Source: a virus
Taxonomy: Duplodnaviria; Heunggongvirae; Uroviricota; Caudoviricetes
Virus record (IMG/VR): IMGVR_UViG_3300035208_004239
Coordinates: 259,611-323,610 of that record
Length of the DNA stretch: 64,000 bases
Direction: 5' to 3' (one strand)
The position numbers and the translations under genes were made by a program. The notes below the pieces were generated by a model. That model searched no databases and had not been told where the DNA came from. It saw only the letters and a list, made by a program, of their open reading frames with translations. Shown piece after piece: positions 38,808 to 48,494 of this stretch (position 1 is the stretch's first letter; each line of letters begins with the position of its first letter).

Positions 38808-39704
38808 ATGAGACAAGCGAGCACCAATTATGGAATTATAATTAATAATGATCAATTTATCGGCATTTCTCTTGGTTATGATTATTGTTCTGAACATGAA
38901 TGGGGAATAAAAGACATAAGAAGATTATGTGGTATTCCAGAATCAACTAAAAAAATTATGGGAGTTAAATCTCGTACAATAACTGTATGTCCTCCCCTTG
39001 TTTTTAATAAAACAACCATTAAAAAAAGAAAATACGCTTACCTATATACTGGAAATTCTTCGGATACTCAAGAAAAAATGGAGAAAAATTTTCCTTATGA
39101 ATTAAAAGATTATTCAGAAAGTCTTATCTATAATGAAGAATGGAATATTAAACATTCGGAAGATAAAGAAAGTAAAGACTTAATCATCACTGCTTGGGAT
39201 GAACATAGTTTTGGTATTGCGGTCATGGGTGAAAAAGAAATTAGTTATCTTCAAGAACTTTACGATGAGTTTCAAAATAAAAATATAACTATTGCGGTCA
39301 TTAATCATCGTGTAACAAATCCTTTTGCTGGCACTGCACTTTCTTTAATGATTACTGACCGTCTTCCTCAAGAAATTCTTGATATGATGTATGCTGGAGA
39401 TAAAGAATATTTTGATCGTGAAGATTATGAAGAAAAAATTGGTATGAAAAAAATCATCCAAAAATATGGAAATAAAAATGGATATAATGGTTTACATTAT
39501 TTTATGGCATGTTCTCCAAATTGGATTGATTATAATGATGAAAAGAAGCGTGAAGAATATAAAACAAAATACAATACCAAGTATAATATTAAATATTGGA
39601 TAAATTATAGTGATGATGATAATAATTGTGGTTGGTATACTGTTGAAGAAATTGAGAAATGGCTCACCGGAAGTAAAAAATTAACCGAAATAAGAAAGGG
39701 ATAA
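38808..39704 (+). CDS. hypothetical protein
   Basis: 298-aa ORF. Confidence 0.45.
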   Translation: MRQASTNYGIIINNDQFIGISLGYDYCSEHEWGIKDIRRLCGIPESTKKIMGVKSRTITVCPPLVFNKTTIKKRKYAYLYTGNSSDTQEKMEKNFPYELKDYSESLIYNEEWNIKHSEDKESKDLIITAWDEHSFGIAVMGEKEISYLQELYDEFQNKNITIAVINHRVTNPFAGTALSLMITDRLPQEILDMMYAGDKEYFDREDYEEKIGMKKIIQKYGNKNGYNGLHYFMACSPNWIDYNDEKKREEYKTKYNTKYNIKYWINYSDDDNNCGWYTVEEIEKWLTGSKKLTEIRKG

Positions 39705-39920
39705 ATACATGATAAAAACAATAAAAATAACTCATTGTATGTTTCAATGTCCCTTTTTACGGAAACTCAATTGATGGAATGATCAGTAATCATCCTTATT
39801 GGAAAGATTATGGAGCATATGATAATAACACAAGAAAATAGTAGAGATAGTAAAATACTGGAAAAATGTCCTTTAATTAAAGAAGAATTAACTATACATT
39901 ATAAACTAAAATAATAAATT

Positions 39921-40241
39921 ATGTGGGGATTTAATATTTATCGGAAAAGAAAAAAATTGGAAATTGACATTGAAATGCAAAAGTACAAAACAACAGCGAT
40001 TAAAGAAGTTGAAACAGTTGCTTTAACATGTGCAAAACAAATAGGTGAATATGAACACACATTTCATTCAAAAAGAGAAGAATTGGGAATCGTCATCGCA
40101 AAAATTGAAGCAAGTAAAGAATCAATGACTAAAGAAATTGAAAATCTTCAAAAGATTATCGAAATAAAAGATTTAGAAATTGATAGGTTAAATAATATCT
40201 GTTTAGAATCTGTAGAAGGAAAAATTATAATTCAAAAATAA
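39921..40241 (+). CDS. hypothetical coiled-coil protein
   Basis: 106-aa ORF. Confidence 0.4.
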   Translation: MWGFNIYRKRKKLEIDIEMQKYKTTAIKEVETVALTCAKQIGEYEHTFHSKREELGIVIAKIEASKESMTKEIENLQKIIEIKDLEIDRLNNICLESVEGKIIIQK

Positions 40242-40246
40242 ATTTT

Positions 40247-40663
40247 ATGATTACTGCAGAAGATAAAAAAATATTCGAAGAATTCGATGAAGTAACCAGT
40301 TATTTCTTTATTGATATGGTTGGTGGCATTATATGGAGAACTGGTCATGATGCTGGTCATGGTAGATATGATATTACTCCTGAAATGCAGGAAGACCTTA
40401 ATGTTCTTCATGAAAAACAAGTATTTTGTGTTCAACAATTAGGTAAGTTTGGAGTTGATCCTGAATCAGCAAACAACAGACCTGATGGTGATTATTGGAA
40501 ATGGTATACTCATTGGGATAATTGGAAAAAAGCAATGAGTGATGAAGAATGGAATACTCTCAATAATAAAATGAGTCAGAAAGAAGACATTTCCGATTTG
40601 CTTCCAAAACATAAATGGAACGAAGTAAAGAAAAAACGAAAAAATGGAAGAAAAAATACTTGA
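40247..40663 (+). CDS. hypothetical Trp-rich protein
   Basis: 138-aa ORF. Confidence 0.4.
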   Translation: MITAEDKKIFEEFDEVTSYFFIDMVGGIIWRTGHDAGHGRYDITPEMQEDLNVLHEKQVFCVQQLGKFGVDPESANNRPDGDYWKWYTHWDNWKKAMSDEEWNTLNNKMSQKEDISDLLPKHKWNEVKKKRKNGRKNT

Positions 40664-41189
40664 ACTAAGAGCATATTTTTTTGTACCATATAATATAAGT
40701 GAAATGCAACGTGGTGTACAAGGAATACATGCAGCATTCAGATATGGTAGAAAATTTGCAGAAGACGAAATTTTTAAAAATTTTGTTGATAATCATGAAA
40801 CTGTTATTATACTCAACGGTGGTACAACTAACGATGAGAGAGATTTTGAAGGATTCGCTGCAGGTACTTTGAATCATATAGGTGATCAACTAAATGATGA
40901 GGGTATTCCTTTCACATATTTCGTTGAACCTGATTTAAATCATGCACTTACAGCATTGTGTTTTATTGCAGATGAAAGAATATGGAATAAAGAAGATTAT
41001 CCAGATTTTATTGATTATCTTACTAATTCAAAAGATATTGTTGATGAATCGTTTACTGCACTAATTACAGCACCACCTGAAGAACTTAAAACCATATTTC
41101 CTGATAAATATAAAGAATGGGTTCGATTAATCGGTGGAGTAAAAAATATATTTTTACGTGAACTATTAAAAGGTAAAAAATTAGCATAA
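40644..41189 (+). CDS. hypothetical protein
   Basis: 181-aa ORF overlapping upstream gene end; no secure motif. Confidence 0.4.
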   Translation: MEEKILELRAYFFVPYNISEMQRGVQGIHAAFRYGRKFAEDEIFKNFVDNHETVIILNGGTTNDERDFEGFAAGTLNHIGDQLNDEGIPFTYFVEPDLNHALTALCFIADERIWNKEDYPDFIDYLTNSKDIVDESFTALITAPPEELKTIFPDKYKEWVRLIGGVKNIFLRELLKGKKLA

Positions 41190-41197
41190 AAAGTATA

Positions 41198-41761
41198 ATG
41201 ACTAAACCCAAACTTATTGCAATTGCTGCCGTTGCTTTAGATGGTACAATTGGTATTGATGATAAAATTCCTTGGAGAATACCTGAAGATTTTAAACATT
41301 TCAGAGAAACAACTATGGGGAATTTACTTATTGTTGGAAACATAACGTATCATACTCTACCAGATAAAGCATTTGAAGGTAGAGAATATATTGTTTTAAA
41401 TCACAATCGATTTAAAACTGATAGACCTAAAGTATATCAATTTAGTGATATTGATATGGTTTTAATGTTATTAAATAATCTTCATTTCGATAAGGTTTTT
41501 ATTGCTGGCGGTGCAAGCATTTATAATGCAATGATTGATTATTGTGATGAAGCAATAATTACAGTAGTTAATAGTCCTTTCTTAAATGGTAACAAAAAAT
41601 TTCCAATAGAAAAATTAGTGAGTGATTTTGAAATACTTACTGGTAATGAATGGGTAGATAATAATTGTGAAGAATGGTTAATTAGTAAAACTGGAATAGA
41701 ATATAAAATTATCCATTATATGAGAAAATTTAATGAAATCCAAGATACAAAAACCGATTAA
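41198..41761 (+). CDS. folA: dihydrofolate reductase
   Basis: LIAIAAVALDGTIGIDDKIPWRIPEDFKHFRETTMGN and FIAGGASIY match DHFR (IAA..GIG..MPW; VIGGGRVY). Confidence 0.75.
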   Translation: MTKPKLIAIAAVALDGTIGIDDKIPWRIPEDFKHFRETTMGNLLIVGNITYHTLPDKAFEGREYIVLNHNRFKTDRPKVYQFSDIDMVLMLLNNLHFDKVFIAGGASIYNAMIDYCDEAIITVVNSPFLNGNKKFPIEKLVSDFEILTGNEWVDNNCEEWLISKTGIEYKIIHYMRKFNEIQDTKTD

Positions 41762-42263
41762 GATTAAATCAAAACAAATTACTACCATTGAAATGGAATT
41801 TGCAATTTCAATTTTATTTGGTATTAGAAAACACATTATTGTACCTAATCTATCTTGGGGTTTTGTTTCGCATGAATGTGATATTTTTTTAGTGAAAAAA
41901 AGTAGATATGCTGTTGAAGTTGAGATTAAAAGAAGTTATAGTGATTTTATGGCTGATTTTAATAAAAGTCATCATCATAAAGAAAGAAATAATAAAATTG
42001 CAGAATTTTATTATGCATTCCCTTCAACAATAGTTGATAGATGTAGAGATTTAGTTCCAGAAGGAGTTGGAATTATTGTTTGTGAAAGACAAAAAACTAC
42101 AGAAACAATTTGGGCAAGTATAGAAAGACGACCAATAAAAATAAAAAATTCAAGAAAATTAACAATAGAAGAAGTATTAAAAGTAGCGTCTTTAGGTTGT
42201 ATGAGAATTTGGAACTTAAAAAGTAAAGTTGTTAATTTACAAAATCAAATTAAGAATGGATAA
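41733..42263 (+). CDS. PD-(D/E)XK-family nuclease-like protein
   Basis: ECDIFLVKK...AVEVEIKRS (D-x(n)-E-x-K) pattern. Confidence 0.3.
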   Translation: MKSKIQKPIKIKSKQITTIEMEFAISILFGIRKHIIVPNLSWGFVSHECDIFLVKKSRYAVEVEIKRSYSDFMADFNKSHHHKERNNKIAEFYYAFPSTIVDRCRDLVPEGVGIIVCERQKTTETIWASIERRPIKIKNSRKLTIEEVLKVASLGCMRIWNLKSKVVNLQNQIKNG

Positions 42264-42843
42264 GCCAGTATTTAAAAATAAACCTAATGAACATATAATA
42301 ATTCGTCATGAATTTAAAAATACTATTAATACTATTGATTATTGGATTAGTCGTGCTGTGGCTGTGGTCGGAATCGTATTCGTTATACCGTTGGTTGGTG
42401 GCATTCAAACTCTTATCACCAGAAGAACAATGGAAATGCCTGATGAAGCCGGAAAATTTGGTTTACCTTGTGGTTATTTGGATTTTGATGAAACTGGTTA
42501 TGATGCTATGGTGAGAGAAGTTTATGAAGAAACATCATTATATCTTCCTAAATATAAAAAATATTTAGTTTTAAATAATAATGAACAACCATTTACTGTT
42601 CATGATAAACCATCCAGAGATTCAAGACAAAATGTTTCTTTAATATATCTTTCAGTTTATGATTTTCATGAAGCAATGGATCAATTTCCATTAGATATTT
42701 TAAAATATACAGATAAAGAAACCTCGGAAGTTAAATGGATGTTATTAACTGATTTTTATTGTAAATTTGATAGAGAATATGAATGGGCATTTAAACATAA
42801 TGAAACCATAAAAGAAGCATTAATATTTTTCAATAATAAATAA
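42256..42843 (+). CDS. Nudix hydrolase (N-terminal hydrophobic segment)
   Basis: Nudix box CGYLDFDETGYDAMVREVYEETSL (Gx5Ex7REuxEExGu); ORF-track start 42229 is in frame, internal Met 42256 more likely. Confidence 0.6.
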   Translation: MDKPVFKNKPNEHIIIRHEFKNTINTIDYWISRAVAVVGIVFVIPLVGGIQTLITRRTMEMPDEAGKFGLPCGYLDFDETGYDAMVREVYEETSLYLPKYKKYLVLNNNEQPFTVHDKPSRDSRQNVSLIYLSVYDFHEAMDQFPLDILKYTDKETSEVKWMLLTDFYCKFDREYEWAFKHNETIKEALIFFNNK

Positions 42844-42844
42844 A

Positions 42845-44272
42845 ATGAAATCACCTGAAAATCAATTATTATTATCAAGTGGTAAAATAATTACTTTTAA
42901 TCCTGAACAGCTTGATGGATTAAATAAAATAAAATCTTGGCTCAGAAATGGGCAAACGTTTTTTACATTAGCGGGATCGGCTGGTTCAGGAAAAAGTACT
43001 ATGGTAAAAAAAATTTTAGAAAATTATCGTGGTGGGGTTGTCGTAACTGCACCTACACATAAAGCAGTTAAAGTAATTTCAAATATTACTAAAAAAGAAG
43101 GTAATACACTGCATTCATTACTTGGACTTCGACCTGATGTTGATTTAATAACATTTGATCCAAATCGTCCTCAATTTAATCCAATTGCAATTCCAAAAAT
43201 TAATGACTTTAATTTTGTAATTGTTGACGAAGCAAGTATGATAAATAAGGAATTATTTAATTTAATTAATGAAAAAGCTAAAAATAGTAGTATTAAAATT
43301 TTATTTATTGGAGATTCTGCTCAATTACCACCAGTTAATGAAGACATTTCTATTGTTTTCATTGAAAATAAAATAGAAAAACACATATTATTTAAAATTG
43401 AAAGACAAAAAGATGGTAATCCAATTTTAATTACATGTGATAATATTAGAAATAATTTAAATATTATTGATGGTGGATACGTAAGAGAAACAAATATTAA
43501 TAACATTGGAGATGGTATAATATTTACAATAAATAAAAATGAATTTAGAAATTTATGTATAAAAAAATTCACTTCCGAAGAATATAAAAAAGATATTGAT
43601 TATTGTAAAGGTCTTGCATGGAGAAACCAAACGGTTATGGAATCTAATAAAATAATTAGAAATATTTTATTTGGTGAAAAAAGTGATATTATTGAAATTA
43701 ATGATGTACTAACTGGATATAGAACAATAACTACCGAAAATCAAAATACTATAATCATTCAAAATTCTGGAGATTATCAAATAATTGAAAAATTCAATAT
43801 TGAAGAAAATTCTTATGGAATTAAAGGTTTTAGAGTTAAACTTAAAGAAAATCTTTTAAATGGTTTAAATAAATTTCAAGATATTTTTATTATCGATATT
43901 AAAGATCATCAAAATTTACATTTATATGGTGACATGCATGATTATTTTCGTGATATGGGTAAGTCAAATAAAAAAATGTGGAAAAAATATTATGAATTTA
44001 GAAGAAATAATATTTTAATGTGTGATATTAATAAATATAGTAATGGTCAATTAAGAAATAATTCAGATATTATAGTAAAAGATATTGATTATGGTTATTT
44101 TTTAACTGTACATAAAAGTCAGGGTTCAACATATAAACATGTTATGGTTATTGAGAGTGATTTAAATCTAAATCGAGATGTGGTTGAAAAAAATAAATTA
44201 AAATATGTTGCATTTTCTCGACCAGAAAAAACTTGTACTGTTCTTACTACAAAGATTGATAATTATCAATAA
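42845..44272 (+). CDS. SF1B DNA helicase (Dda/RecD-like)
   Basis: Walker A LAGSAGSGKST, Walker B VIVDEASMI, motif VI TVHKSQGSTYKHVMV. Confidence 0.75.
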   Translation: MKSPENQLLLSSGKIITFNPEQLDGLNKIKSWLRNGQTFFTLAGSAGSGKSTMVKKILENYRGGVVVTAPTHKAVKVISNITKKEGNTLHSLLGLRPDVDLITFDPNRPQFNPIAIPKINDFNFVIVDEASMINKELFNLINEKAKNSSIKILFIGDSAQLPPVNEDISIVFIENKIEKHILFKIERQKDGNPILITCDNIRNNLNIIDGGYVRETNINNIGDGIIFTINKNEFRNLCIKKFTSEEYKKDIDYCKGLAWRNQTVMESNKIIRNILFGEKSDIIEINDVLTGYRTITTENQNTIIIQNSGDYQIIEKFNIEENSYGIKGFRVKLKENLLNGLNKFQDIFIIDIKDHQNLHLYGDMHDYFRDMGKSNKKMWKKYYEFRRNNILMCDINKYSNGQLRNNSDIIVKDIDYGYFLTVHKSQGSTYKHVMVIESDLNLNRDVVEKNKLKYVAFSRPEKTCTVLTTKIDNYQ

Positions 44273-44492
44273 TATATTTTTTCCCTCCTAAACGATTTTT
44301 ATTGTTTAATTTTGCCAATCTCATTTTTTCTTTAGATATTTCAGTGTGTTTTTTTCCAATCCAATGATTTTTAAATTTTTTGGTTTCTTTCATTTTATTT
44401 TTAGTTTCATTAGTATGTTTTTTATTTAACCATAATTTTAATCCTTTGTGACCGATGCTAATTTTTTCTTTACTTTCATTAGATTGAATTAA
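44247..44492 (-). pseudogene. homing-endonuclease remnant: NUMOD3-like DNA-binding repeats with no catalytic domain and no start codon
   Basis: Minus-strand open frame (stop to stop) LIQSNESKEKISIGHKGLKLWLNKKHTNETKNKMKETKKFKNHWIGKKHTEISKEKMRLAKLNNKNRLGGKKYIIDNYQSL; three G/N-KKHT-x-E-x-K-x-K-M/I repeats; 3' end overlaps helicase gene antisense. Confidence 0.45.
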
Positions 44493-44543
44493 TTAATTTA
44501 GTATCTTTATCCAAAGATAATTAATATAATTGGAATAATTAAT

Positions 44544-44804
44544 ATGAAAAAATTTACACATGGTATTGTAGTAATCGATCCAATACCTGATGAAAATGAT
44601 GAAGTGGAAATAGTACATTTTATTGGTTTATGGGAAGCACCTACTAAAGAAGTATTTTTACAATATGAAAAAGAAATAAAAACCGATCCTGAATTTGGTT
44701 TAATTGAAATTATTGATAGAATTGAAGTTTTACCTGCATCAGAAGAAATTTTAGAAATGTATAATAAAATGGTACAGGAACATGAATTAAGTAAATTAAA
44801 TTAA
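44544..44804 (+). CDS. hypothetical protein
   Basis: 86-aa ORF. Confidence 0.4.
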   Translation: MKKFTHGIVVIDPIPDENDEVEIVHFIGLWEAPTKEVFLQYEKEIKTDPEFGLIEIIDRIEVLPASEEILEMYNKMVQEHELSKLN

Positions 44805-44805
44805 T

Positions 44806-45300
44806 ATGGAAAGAATAACTGATACACATGTATTTTTTTGGGGTGGTATATTATCAAATTGGTATCCAATTAAATTTAAATATAAACATTTCACTTTTTT
44901 TAATACAGAACAAGCATTTATGTGGGAAAAGGCTGTTTATTTTGGTGATATGAATATTGCTGAAGAAATTATGAAAACACCCAATCCAAGAGAAGCCAAA
45001 AAATTAGGACGTAAAGTTATTAATTTTAATGCAGATACTTGGACAAATATTTCATATCAAATAATGGTTGATGTTAATTTAGCTAAATTTGAACAAAATA
45101 GAATTCTTTCACACGTATTACTTTCAACCGAAAGTAAAATAATTGTCGAAGCAAGTCCCAATGATCGAATATGGGGAATTGGTCTTCATTGGAGTGATGA
45201 TAAATGTCTTGATAAAAGTAATTGGCAAGGCACTAATCTATTAGGTAAAGCATTAATGGATGTAAGAAAAGAATTAATTAATAAATATAATGAAGATTGA
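44806..45300 (+). CDS. NADAR-domain (YbiA-like, DUF1768) protein
   Basis: FFWGGILSNWYP ~ YbiA FYSTSDDYGDFSNFAAWP; TEQAFMWEKAVYF ~ SEHYFQAQKF; KFEQN; IVEASPNDRIWGIG ~ LVEHTENDAYWGDG. Confidence 0.65.
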   Translation: MERITDTHVFFWGGILSNWYPIKFKYKHFTFFNTEQAFMWEKAVYFGDMNIAEEIMKTPNPREAKKLGRKVINFNADTWTNISYQIMVDVNLAKFEQNRILSHVLLSTESKIIVEASPNDRIWGIGLHWSDDKCLDKSNWQGTNLLGKALMDVRKELINKYNED

Positions 45301-45616
45301 AACACTAAAAGTAACATGGAAACTCATTTGGAAGGGAAAATATGATAAAAGAAAAAAAGTTTCCAAAATGAATACAATTATCAATAGTTCAGAAAATAAT
45401 GAAACTAAAAAGAGTTATTGTAGATATATTGCTGAAAATGATAAACATAAACATGAATTAAAAACTATAGAAGGTACAAAATTATTTGAATTGCTTCAAG
45501 AAACTGTGATTCAACATAATAAAAGTAATGCTGAACGATTTGAAAAATGTGTTTATGTAGACGGTGTATATTTTGCAGATAAATTGTTATTCATAAAAAA
45601 TCCAAGGGTTGTGTAA
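45290..45616 (+). CDS. hypothetical protein
   Basis: 108-aa ORF. Confidence 0.35.
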   Translation: MKIETLKVTWKLIWKGKYDKRKKVSKMNTIINSSENNETKKSYCRYIAENDKHKHELKTIEGTKLFELLQETVIQHNKSNAERFEKCVYVDGVYFADKLLFIKNPRVV

Positions 45617-45691
45617 CAGACATTAAAAAATTTCGTATTATTAAATTGTAAGAGATATATAAATTATGTCACTAAATTTTAATTCAAATAT

Positions 45692-46246
45692 ATGTTAAAA
45701 TTAAACGAAATTAAATCAATAATTAAACCTGAAAACGGGATTGAATCTGCAATCATAACCAATGTTGAATTTATTGAAGGAGTAAATTGGGGTAAAGTCA
45801 GACCCGGACATCCAGAATCACAAGTCATTTACCACATACAACAAGTTTTGGATAATGTTAATAAATTTTATGGTAAAGATGATGATAGATCAAATTTACG
45901 TTTAATTGCTATATTGCATGATAGTTTTAAATATAAAGTTGATCATACTCAACAAAAAGTTGGTGAAAATCATCATGGGATGATAGCCAGAAGATTTGCG
46001 GAAAAATATGTTAATGATTATGGTTTGTGTAAAATTATTGAATTGCATGATGAAGCATATAATGCTTGGCAAAAAGGTAGTAGACGTGGTGATTGGTATG
46101 GTGCAGTAACTCGTGCAAATAATCTTATTAGTGGATTAATGATTGAAGGTAGGCTTGATTTATATTTGAAATTTTATCGTTGCGATAATGCAACTGGTGA
46201 TAAATCAAGAGATAATTACGAATGGTTTGAGAATTTAATAAAATAA
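45692..46246 (+). CDS. HD-domain-like protein
   Basis: YHIQQV ... IAILHDSFKY ... ELHDEAY pattern. Confidence 0.35.
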   Translation: MLKLNEIKSIIKPENGIESAIITNVEFIEGVNWGKVRPGHPESQVIYHIQQVLDNVNKFYGKDDDRSNLRLIAILHDSFKYKVDHTQQKVGENHHGMIARRFAEKYVNDYGLCKIIELHDEAYNAWQKGSRRGDWYGAVTRANNLISGLMIEGRLDLYLKFYRCDNATGDKSRDNYEWFENLIK

Positions 46247-46737
46247 TGAGTTTAATTCCAAAGTTTTTATTTTTGCTCTTTCAAAAAAAAGATGAACCAG
46301 AATTATATAAAACAATAATTCTGAATAATAAAGTTATGAGTAAAGCACAAAAAGAGTTAATTAAATCTTGTAGGAAAATTCTTTCAGATAATAATGTGCC
46401 TTTAAATAAAATCCGATTTATTTTAGAATCATCATTTATGTATGATATTGATAAAAATACTATTAATCCCACATATAAACAGTTAATTCCTAAAAATAAA
46501 AAACGTCCAATTATTGAAATCGATAAACCCAAGAATCTTATGACTATTTTCTTAGGTGAATATGAAACTGAAAATAATTTTGATGTGGTTAAAACTTTAT
46601 TAAAAAAAACCAAAAAGGGTTTAATAATATTAGCTAATAATATTGATTATAATTTAATTATTTCCATAGCAAATTTGGATGATGCTATTATATTTTATAA
46701 TCAACAAATTGTTGATAGTGTTTGCGATTGTGAATAA
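46246..46737 (+). CDS. hypothetical protein
   Basis: 163-aa ORF. Confidence 0.35.
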   Translation: MSLIPKFLFLLFQKKDEPELYKTIILNNKVMSKAQKELIKSCRKILSDNNVPLNKIRFILESSFMYDIDKNTINPTYKQLIPKNKKRPIIEIDKPKNLMTIFLGEYETENNFDVVKTLLKKTKKGLIILANNIDYNLIISIANLDDAIIFYNQQIVDSVCDCE

Positions 46738-46891
46738 TATATTAGTAATGATAAATGATAATTTAAATATTGAATATAAAAAAGCTAAAAGATTTATAAA
46801 AATTATTTCAATAATTAAATATATTGTTATAATAATTTCTATATTTGGAATAATTATTATAATTATTTTAATTAAATAATTTTTATATATC

Positions 46892-47419
46892 ATGAATAAG
46901 CAAAGAATAATTGATGCGTTTAGTAAACATTCTCCAATAACTCCAATGTCATTGGAAGAAAGTAAAACATTTTTAGATATTTTATTATCTAAAGATGAAA
47001 ATATTAATTGTGATGTTAATAAAATTGATAAAGAAAGTGAAATCTATAAAATACTTGAACCATTAATAAATTCATTTCAGGCACAAGTTTTTTTAAAAAG
47101 ACTTAAACTTTTTACCAGTCTTCATATTACAACAGGTGCTTTAGTCATATTAATGTATCATTTTCCAAATCCTGCTGTTTGTGTTATGTACGCTTTTTAT
47201 TTACATAATAATCTCCCTGCAGATACTTTAATAGATGTTAAAAAATTTGCAGAAATATTTCCTTGGGGATTCTTTTCAGTAGACCAATTAAATACAATTT
47301 GGAATGAATTAAAAGTACGAAAAACTGATAAATTGGATGAATGTCATTGTTATGGTGCTCCTGACAAATTATTGGATTATATTGAACCTTGGGAATATAC
47401 TGATCCCATATTAAATTAA
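46892..47419 (+). CDS. hypothetical protein
   Basis: 175-aa ORF. Confidence 0.4.
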   Translation: MNKQRIIDAFSKHSPITPMSLEESKTFLDILLSKDENINCDVNKIDKESEIYKILEPLINSFQAQVFLKRLKLFTSLHITTGALVILMYHFPNPAVCVMYAFYLHNNLPADTLIDVKKFAEIFPWGFFSVDQLNTIWNELKVRKTDKLDECHCYGAPDKLLDYIEPWEYTDPILN

Positions 47420-47424
47420 ATGAA

Positions 47425-47793
47425 ATGGCGGTAATTGGTATAAATTATGATGAAGGAAGCGATAAAACTGATTTAGGATATAAATCTGTTGATATTTCTT
47501 ATGGGAGTCCAAGTGAAGTTAAGGTTTTTGAAACCGGAAATTTTGCAATGGATTGGTATAATATGCGAAAATTCATGATACAAAAATTAACAGAAATCGA
47601 ATTTCATTTTTGTCATTCTTCAAGTGTTGATCATTTTATAATGGACGGTGCACCATATGATAGTATGTATTTAAAATTTGATAGTGAAAATAAACCATAT
47701 TTAACATCAGAATATGATGAAGATGGTATTGAATTTTTTGTCCCGGAAGGAACGACTCCAACATGGGGAGAACTTAAAAAAATGTATGAATGA
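47425..47793 (+). CDS. hypothetical protein
   Basis: 122-aa ORF. Confidence 0.4.
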   Translation: MAVIGINYDEGSDKTDLGYKSVDISYGSPSEVKVFETGNFAMDWYNMRKFMIQKLTEIEFHFCHSSSVDHFIMDGAPYDSMYLKFDSENKPYLTSEYDEDGIEFFVPEGTTPTWGELKKMYE

Positions 47794-48008
47794 TATTAAC
47801 ACTTAAAATAATATTCTTTTTCTTAGGATTGTGGTCAACAATATCTCTTATTGAAGACGCAATAGAAAAGATAATTATTCACACTAAACAAGATGGATTA
47901 GAACTTCATCAATTATATACACATGGTTTATTATCCACATTTAATGTTACGATATGGATATTATCTATGGTATTTTGGACTGGATTTTATTTAGTAAATC
48001 AATTATAA
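47790..48008 (+). CDS. small membrane protein
   Basis: 72 aa, two hydrophobic helices. Confidence 0.3.
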   Translation: MILTLKIIFFFLGLWSTISLIEDAIEKIIIHTKQDGLELHQLYTHGLLSTFNVTIWILSMVFWTGFYLVNQL

Positions 48009-48442
48009 TGGTTGAATTATTTTTAGGACATCTTGCAGGAGACTATTTACTACAAAATGAGTGGATGGCGTTAAATAAAAGCAAAAACACTCGTATAGGT
48101 TGGCTTGCAGCATTTATTCATTGTGTACTATATACTATAGCAATATGTTTATTTATGTGGAATTTTGATTGGTATTGGATACTAATAGTATTTCTTTCAC
48201 ATTTTCCAATAGATAAGTTTAGTCTGGCTGAAAAATATATGCATTATATTATGGGAAAGGGTATGAAGGATTATGTAAATAATGATAATTGGATGAATAA
48301 TTCAGTGTATGTTAAACCAATAAAGAAAGAACTCAACCGTTACGATATGTTAGAAGGTGGTTTTACAGCTATTGTTTATACGATTACTGATAATTCCATA
48401 CATTTAATATTAATGTGGGGTGCATATAATTTAATTTATTGA
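48008..48442 (+). CDS. multi-pass membrane protein
   Basis: Hydrophobic helices; ATG at 48008 overlapping upstream stop (track ORF 47954 begins at an in-frame upstream Met). Confidence 0.4.
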   Translation: MVELFLGHLAGDYLLQNEWMALNKSKNTRIGWLAAFIHCVLYTIAICLFMWNFDWYWILIVFLSHFPIDKFSLAEKYMHYIMGKGMKDYVNNDNWMNNSVYVKPIKKELNRYDMLEGGFTAIVYTITDNSIHLILMWGAYNLIY

Positions 48443-48494
48443 TTCTTTAATGTTTATATAAACTTTCACTTATAATAATAATAATTATTCTATT

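Noticed and set aside
40644-41189. Possible PTH2-type peptidyl-tRNA hydrolase assignment
   Set aside because: Only a vague resemblance (GVQGIHAA versus the AAQCAHAA region); not enough to call.
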